Position numbers and translations under genes: made by a program. From Phoronis australis (lineage: Eukaryota; Animalia; Phoronida), in assembly GCA_002633005.1 (NCBI GenBank), contig NMRA01000626.1, positions 12,308 through 68,628 on the forward strand: a DNA stretch of 56,321 nucleotides, given 5' to 3'. Below are positions 49,079 to 56,321 of this stretch, one piece after another. The notes under the pieces were generated by a model that worked only from the letters and a program-made list of their open reading frames with translations, did not search any database and was not told where the DNA came from. Every line of letters starts with the position of its first letter. The first letter of the stretch is position 1.

Positions 49079-49214
49079 CAGTGGCGGATTTAGAGGGGGC
49101 CAAGGGGCCATGCCCCCCTAAAATTCTGCCAGATTCGCAGTTCGGGGATGCGAATGTCTGACGGGCAAACTCTGCCCTGGCCCCCGCTAACTCAAAATCC
49201 TGGATCCGTCCCTG
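49079..49214. mobile_element. 136-bp MITE with CAGTGGCGGAT-type ends and 5-bp TSD GAACG
   Basis: CAGTGGCGGATTTAG...CCTGGATCCGTCCCTG, GAACG at 49074-49078 and 49215-49219. The inner paralog lacks the insert. Similar ends near 38255-38267, 41815 and 49308. Confidence 0.85.
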
Positions 49215-50451
49215 GAACGTACCCCAGAGCGTGCTTCGCCTGTGCTGGTGTAGTCTCCAGCTCAGAGCCTGAAAGCAGCCCTGCAGCGATGTTGAGTAGT
49301 AGGGTTCAGTGGCGGATCTACGTTTTCAGCAAGGGGGGTTTAGGATTCCCACCAAGATCGAATCCTAGGCGCGTAGCGCTGAGCGGGGGGAGGTCGGGAG
49401 GGGGGTTTTCCCTCCCGTGTAAGATATTTTTTGTTTTCGTAGCCAAATAGTGAAATTTCCATGCATCCTGGTAAGTTTCTGTGACTTAACATGTCTCTGG
49501 AGTTTTTCTTAAGATAACTAAAAACCGTTCTCGATTTCGTCACATGAACTTGGCACATAAGTTTCGTGAAACCATATTGTGCACATCTGGGTATGAGTCA
49601 CACCACCAGCAAAAATTTTTGTTAGAACATCTGCTTACACACACCTTTTTCAGCATACGAAAAAAGTTTGGTGTATTTTCAGGGGTTTAGACAATTTCCA
49701 AATATTCAAGAGCATAGTTAAGGAGCACCGACTGGCCTCACGATGACCAAAGACAACAATAATAATCTATTTCAACGATATATTTTCCGATAACAGTTCG
49801 ATCAAACTATGACAATATGGCGGACACAACTACGCCCACAGCCGCTAGAGGCAGCACTAAAATACTTCTATACAACAAAGGGCACTCGGAATAACGGCGA
49901 TAGCGTGACTAGACTTATAAAGTTGAATAAGCGAACTAAAATGAAGTAAATAAAGTAAATAATGAAGTAATACTTGTACTAATTTAACTAAAGTCTCCAT
50001 AACATCCTCCCCCTCTCGATGGGAACCATCGACACAAAGTCTATGCAAGTTCAACGTGGCCCACAGTCCAACTCCAATGGGCAGATCTTCGTAAGCGGTC
50101 TCACTAGCATCTTCTTTCCAACTCTGACCTTGACCGACCGAACATGTCCATCCGTTCCAGGGTAAACGTCGATGATTCTTCCCAGAGGCCAANACATATG
50201 ATAGGGAGTAAACAAGTAGTCTAATGCAATGGATATTTATCACTCACGTACCCTTTGCCATTGGGACCATTGTAATCTTAACTCATTAACTTGTATCGAG
50301 TTGACAGCATAAACATTCAGCATTGATTGATGTAACTGTCACTAATAAACTTTTAGAAATCATTCCAAACAATAATAATGCTTTGATGTACGAAAAGATC
50401 CCGATTGCTACGTCAAGTATCGTATCACATATCACAACATACAAAGATTAA

Positions 50452-52155
50452 AGGAGCATGCCACCCAAAAAAACAACCTAATTTGTATCAATTTAGATCG
50501 AGTACTAGTTCTACTCCATAACGACACGTGTGGTTGCGTTACCTGACACCTGGCGGCAGACGGAGGTGTTGAAATTATCCAATTACGTCATCGGTTTCAC
50601 ACGCGTTCTGTTCAGCAGTTCACAACACGGGTTACTGATGTCAGCTTATCGGTTGGAGTCATCGTTTAGCACCAATAAATCATCAAACTTCGATGTAAAA
50701 CCCTTAAAAATACACCGAGTTCTTACAAAAACGTGTTGTTTTATTTCGCTCTTACGGATTTATTGGTATTTGGACACACTGTAGCCTACAAAGATCGGCA
50801 GGCCAATAAGGTCCGTACCAGGAGTTTGGGGTGTGTGTCGGAGATAATTTCGAAGTATTTTCCGTGAGATACAGACAGGATAACCTAGATCTGTGTTGTT
50901 TAGACTTGTGATTTTCTGAGTTTTAAACACAAAACGCTTGTTATCCTGGCCAGTGGCTCGGAGCACAATCAGGCCCGTCGCGGCCGGCAGGATTGACTCG
51001 TTATCACGGCCAGTGGCTCGGAAACTGATCAGAAATCACGAACAAACCAGCCAAAGTTCAATGGAAACTAAACTTCCAATCAAGAAAAAAACTATACTAG
51101 TGAGCCAAAGTAATGTGCACGTGATTATGTTGGTGAATTAGCCACGAAAGTGCAAATCTACTTACTCGTCGGGGACCGCGAATTCACTTTCGCTTTGGCC
51201 ATAACACCGTCAGGGCAGAAGTTGTACATTGACAATCATTATTTGAGTAATGTAAATGTAAATAAAGATTCCCCTAACACCTGGTAGTGGGGTGGAAATC
51301 GAGTTGTTTCACAACAGTTTCTGGCAACAGTTTCTGCCAGCAGACACTAAATTAACATGGGATCACACGGCCTCGGTGTCCCGTCAATTAGTTTTATTGC
51401 ACCTAAAGCCGGTAACGCAGGTGATTTATTCATTGCTGGCTTCTGAAATCATTTCGTGCACCGTGCACACTCCAAAGGCATTACAAATTGCATCTAATGA
51501 GACAGACTTTGTTTCAGTTTTACAAAAAGTATTGGTTAGGGTGAGAATAATTCATTTTGAAACAGAACGCTCAGTAATAAACGCCAACATGGCAACTCGC
51601 AATCCCGACTTAGGACGAGCTAGAGCGGCTCATCAATCCCGACTTCGCAGGTGGATCGTTAAGTCTTACAGGCCATCAATTCGAACAGGAATACAGTGAT
51701 GAAGGAATACTAGAGAGGCGCCGTGAACAAGCTCAGACAACGGAACGTATGGAGTTATTTGGTAAGCCGGCATTCGTGAGGCACTGTCGAAGTCGTCTGC
51801 AGGCCATAGACACGGAGATGTTTCACGGCCTCATACTTGTTATTTACAGCGTACATTTCATTCTTCACTACCATGAGCCACTTCCTAAGCATTTCGGACT
51901 CTCGAGGAAGTAAAAAAAACGATATACTCGCTTTCCTCGCGGCTGCTTAGTTCGGACAAGCGTGAACGATACACCGCAACATAGCGGCATTCACTCTGCA
52001 TATGAACCACTGACGTCGCTAGCGTCGTTTCTCACCTTCGTCACAGGTTAACACGACACCTCTTGGCAAGGTAAGGTCGACCGTATGCGAGGCGATGTGG
52101 AAGTAGACCGATTAAGACGGCAAAAAAGACTAATTAAATCAGGTGGCATTCGCCT
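50452..52155 (-). mobile_element. Third Kolobok-type element or composite, TTAA on both sides
   Basis: TTAA|AGGAGCATGCCACC on the left, GGTGGCATTCGCCT|TTAA on the right (reverse complement AGGCGAATGCCACC, close to the 46926 TIR). THAP remnant just inside the right end. Confidence 0.55.
51790..51982 (-). pseudogene. THAP domain remnant (not in the ORF track because of an early stop)
   Basis: MLRCIVHACPN*AAARKASISFFLLPRESEMLRKWLMVVKN...KHLRVYGL, then DDF in a shifted frame. Confidence 0.8.
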
Positions 52156-54373
52156 TTAACCAGACTCTGGCTGGCGACTGACTGCCGCGAAGCCGACATC
52201 GGCGAGTGCCTCAGTTAACAGGAATCGGTAGAATAATCATGGAATAATCGTTAAAATAATCACAATCCTTACCTTTGTATGAGGGCGTGCTTACTTCCTC
52301 TCATAGAAGCACCCTTTTTACGCAATCTCAGATTCAGTTGGCATGGCTGCAAGCCATTTCACCATGTATTTAAAGGGCTCGCGAAATCGAGGCTGTTAAT
52401 CTATCACCACTAGTACACGCACGCCCTCTAGTTATTGTAGATTTTCCAAATAGCCCCATTGAACGGCTACTTATGAGGAGCAATACATTTATGTGTACTT
52501 GAAAAAAGATATTGAAAGTTTCATGCGAAAATTTCGTGTTTGCAGAAGTTACGGCCATCTCGAACAGTGGAAAATCTTGATTTTTAAAAAACAAAAACAA
52601 AAAAGAAAGTATATTACAAAAATCTGGGATTATTTTTGTAAAAAGTTTCTTTGATCAACAACGATTTGACAATAAATGTATTTTATGAATTTGCAATTGA
52701 TATTCAAGAAATTTGATTCTCGTTGACGAATGCTGTGAAACTATTATCCTTAACATTGCTTATGTAAAGTGAACACATTTTGGATTCGATGCCCCCAAGC
52801 ACGAAAGCCAGAGTCCTTGAACTTGACAACATTAAAAAGCAAATTAAAAATTCACCGGCTAAGTTATGGAGAAAGAAATATGTCTGAATGTATCGAATAA
52901 TTCTTGTGCTTCTGCTAAGTTTTGCAATCAAATGCAATTACCCAGAAATCAGTCATCAGTTATACGCCAAGGTTAGTGTTCAGTAACGCTAGGACGTCGC
53001 TAGGAAAGCAAGACTTCGCGAGATAACGCGAGATGTTGCCGTGTATATTAAATGCGAACACGTAATTTTGGTTTGATTTTTTTAGCCGAGAGACAGCTAC
53101 TGAACTGTACACAGAACTGAAGTAGCCTTCCTGGAAAACTCTGGGTTCATTAGTTCGTCGTACAGATCTTGTCGTAAAAATTAGTAGGAGTGTAAAGGAG
53201 CCGGCAGTTCTCTTAAGAATTTTCCCTGAACATAGCGCATCAATCTTATTTTCTACTCATTCTATTCTGCAAATATTGGTTTTTAGTCCGGAATACTTTG
53301 CACAGCGGTCCTATAAATGTCTTTTTCGATCTCTTCACAAGTAGCTGACAATGTTATATTCGCACATTGACAGTTTTTCTGCTTTCACTTTTTCTAACCA
53401 TCAACCTTAATATTTCTGCATATTTAAAAATCTCTGGGCATGTTGAGTCTCATTGGTTACAACCCGCTGAGGCGGAGGATACACCATTTCGGACAACAAA
53501 ACACACGAGTCTTCAAAGCTCAATAAGGTGCGATTTTGTTTTATTACATCATTTTTTTTTGGTCATAGTAAGGTTAAAAAACGGACAGTCCTGACTTTGC
53601 TTTAGTTCATGTTTTGAGGTAGAACACTTTCTTTAGTTTTTAAATGGGACGAATTATGGTTTCTAAATATACACGAGAATATAGTAGGCCAAATGGAAGA
53701 GCTCTTCGTTGGTTGCACTTTTTCACAATGCTACAGTATAGGTGGCGCTGTATCCGAGGGTATTCGTTGGTTTAAAGGAAATATTTACCGCCGCTAAATT
53801 TGAAGTTTGTGATTTCGTTTAGGCCAAATTAGCGCTATGTAGGTTTTTCCTTATCTTCACGGTATACTTGCCCAAAAATTACAAATCTCACTCGTTTAAC
53901 GAGTGTGAAGAATCTTTCATGATTTTTTGTCTGAGCAACAAATTTCTTATGTTGGGGTTTCATATAATTCAAGACAGGCTGAAGATGAAAATTTTCAATT
54001 TTGAATTTATAAAGTATGTGACCATGAGTGGATTTGGGTGGAGAGGGGGTTGATGTCATTTTTAGGTTACGTGTTCTGAAATTTAAGGAAACAACTTCGT
54101 AGTTGTTTCTAACAATAACAAAAATCATTGCAGACTCTAGACCCATCCAAAAAACTGATTTGCATGTAAGGAAACGAATTGCACGGAAATATTTTATTTA
54201 CGGAGTGTATATTATTTGTCTCAGGAAGTGGTGGAAAAGAAAATTTGCACTTGTTAACGCAAAATAAATTTACTTAGCGGTGCGAATGACAATCTCCAAC
54301 ATTGCACGGAAAAATTAAGTTTTGTGAAATTCAACTTCAAAGCTTTGCAAACACATTGTGTGTCGTTGGGTGA

Positions 54374-54496
54374 CAGATAGATGTACAGTCTCTGGGCCAG
54401 CGGTCTAATCTCTACAGATAGATAACCACTCTCTGCGCCCGGGGTCTAATCTCTGCAGATAGATGATCACTTTCTGGGTCCGGGTTCTAATCTCTG
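54374..54496 (+). repeat. Minisatellite, three copies of about 41 bp
   Basis: cagatagat...ct(c/t)tctg.g.c..gg.tctaatctct(a/g) three times. Confidence 0.9.
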
Positions 54497-55510
54497 TACT
54501 TGAAATCTAACTCGAAATCATTTTTGCATTTTCCGTTCTAAGTCTGAGTAAAATCAAGATAAGAGTAAATAAGCGTGAGCTCAAGTACAATATGTTTCAT
54601 GCAAATGAATTTCTAGTCCTAGCTCTCACTTGATGGCTCCTAAATTCTATCTGAAATCTATATTCTGAAAACTGCAAGATTTCGAGTGAAACCTCGAATC
54701 GTGGACATCAACAGCAACTAGGACTACGGTTATTCACGTAAGTAATTAGTTACTCGAGCATAGAATAATAAGCATTTATCTCGAGTTCGCACAAAAGTAG
54801 AGCAGGTAGTTTCGATGTGAGAAAAAAACATTAGGGCTCCGTGCACTGGTCAGTCAAGTACGTTTTAAGGAACAAGGTAACCCCCACATTTTAAAATGCC
54901 CGATAAACGCGATCCATACCAGGTGGTAGCTTGCACTTTGGAAAGAAAAAAATATTGAACTTTTGGAGGACCCAAAGAAAAACACGATCTCCGTTACGGT
55001 GGCCAGGGCAAGTTTATCCGCCTGAAGTTCCCGTAACATTGAAAATGCCTTTTTCGTCATTTTTAACTTTTCAACCCATTGGTCATTTTGGAGTGTTTCA
55101 ATTACAAAACGCTCCCACCAGTCATGCGAACGTTCCCTTTTCCACAAAGTTTGCTATAACAACCCAACCATCATCTCAGTCGATGAATAATCTTTTTTTC
55201 CTTGAAAGCAGTCCTCACATTAGATGGCAGCCCTTTCAGAAATGGCCCGTTGTAGAGGCCACAGGACACAGATATTGGTTTTATCGGTATTGTAACGCCT
55301 ACTAAACATAATTACACACGTGTGTAAACTTTACTCATAATTGAATTCACTTAGGTGTGCAAAATTGTCCATGTAAACGCCGAGCCTAAACAGTGACGAC
55401 ACGGGAGACAAGTCTAGCCGCAAGTATCTAGTTCTTTTCAAACACTAGATGTCGCTACTATGCAGACTAAGTGACTAACCTGGTTCCCGGGCCTCACAAG
55501 ATGTGAAGGC

Positions 55511-55537
55511 NNNNNNNNNNNNNNNNNNNNNNNNNNN
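55511..55537. other. Assembly gap (27 N); single Ns also at 6591, 19189, 42609 and 50193
   Basis: Seen directly. Confidence 0.99.
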
Positions 55538-56321
55538 GGCAGTCATTGGTTAGCTTTACAACAACGTGAAAAAATGGCGGGCTGTGAACGATTTTTAGCC
55601 TTGTCATGCAAGTGGCGTAGCAGAAACTATTTCGTTTCTGCAGTGATGTTTAATAGTCGCGTGCTTGAAGCACATACATTTACAATAAACACATATCTGG
55701 CCGAATTAACCGATGTGTTATTCATACTGTATGAATACAGGACACTATCGTAAACAAAAGTCATCGACAATAAATAGATGCATCTCGAAAAGGCGCAATT
55801 ACAATTTCTAGGCTTCACATTTCCTGAACATAAATTTTAAACACCCGATTTGTCTGCACAACAGACCCCATTTTCACTTCAGTCCATCAGTCATACCAGT
55901 TTGTTTGCGTAAATCGCTGCCTGTTGAGAATTTGACTAGCCAATCAGAAACGCCGGTGTAAAAAATTTACCGAGGAAAATTAAGTGATACCTGCGTGCTG
56001 GCGCGGCTACCGCCCCACCTAGCGGCACGCAGGGAACCAGCGAGGTGAAGGCCCAGGTACAGGGCACTAGAACGATGGATTTCATTGACTGTCAGCTGGC
56101 AATTTTTAACCAGGAAGTTGGTTCTGCGCATGCTTACATCCGGTAGTACGTTACTAGGTCGCTAGGTGTCGCGAAAGTAAAAGTTATTTTGCGAGTTGCG
56201 TTTGCGGTCGGAACTCTGGTGAGGTAGCTGTTTATATTGTTATATTATCAACAAACTGTGCAGAAATTCACGTCATTATCGATTCCTTATTATGAAAATA
56301 AATAAATCTGAATTAACAATG

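Larger units (their letters stand above)
46783..49305 (+). mobile_element. Outer Kolobok remnant (terminus plus THAP region), interrupted by 46926-48575 and 49079-49214
   Basis: TTAA|AGGAGGAGGCAACCTTTTTCATGTCATTTT terminus. 46783-46921 joined to 48580 onward aligns continuously with the reverse complement of the inner element's right end. Confidence 0.85.

Noticed and set aside
49857-50243. 128-aa minus-strand ORF as an exon of the upstream Ig paralog
   Set aside because: No Ig motifs or convincing splice boundaries, and it spans an N.
54374-54496. CRISPR-like short array
   Set aside because: Three contiguous diverged 41-bp copies with no spacers, an ordinary minisatellite.

Overview
Eukaryotic, AT-rich, intron-containing animal DNA, most consistent with a marine invertebrate; no prokaryotic features and no CRISPR array. 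One host gene is recognisable: a multi-exon immunoglobulin-superfamily gene on the minus strand (about 501-22233). It has a putative leader exon near CCAAT boxes, an intact cysteine-free V-like exon (20083-20448), an intact C-type Ig exon (12659-12970), and degenerate downstream Ig exons, one split by a TIR element with an 8-bp target-site duplication (TSD). It looks pseudogenised. A paralogous 3' exon lies about 40 kb away (40589-40659), suggesting a tandem Ig gene cluster. The rest is decayed and nested transposons: an internally deleted ISL2EU-like element (SWIM+YqaJ nuclease and THAP+HTH transposase) abutting a second copy of its own end, a 4.7-kb Sola3-like element, at least three Kolobok-type elements (one nested in the TIR of a relative), mariner, Harbinger MADF and CR1/L2-like LINE remnants, Helentron/DINE-like repeat carriers, foldback MITEs and tRNA-derived heads. 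Best leads: paralog-anchored TA to TACATGTA insertions (Tc1-type excision footprints), an asymmetric TTAA/GTAA Kolobok TSD, the head-to-tail ISL2EU junction, and the Cys-free V exon with an in-register half duplicate. All assignments come from reading motifs by eye; no database searches were run, and most ORFs in the supplied track are spurious.
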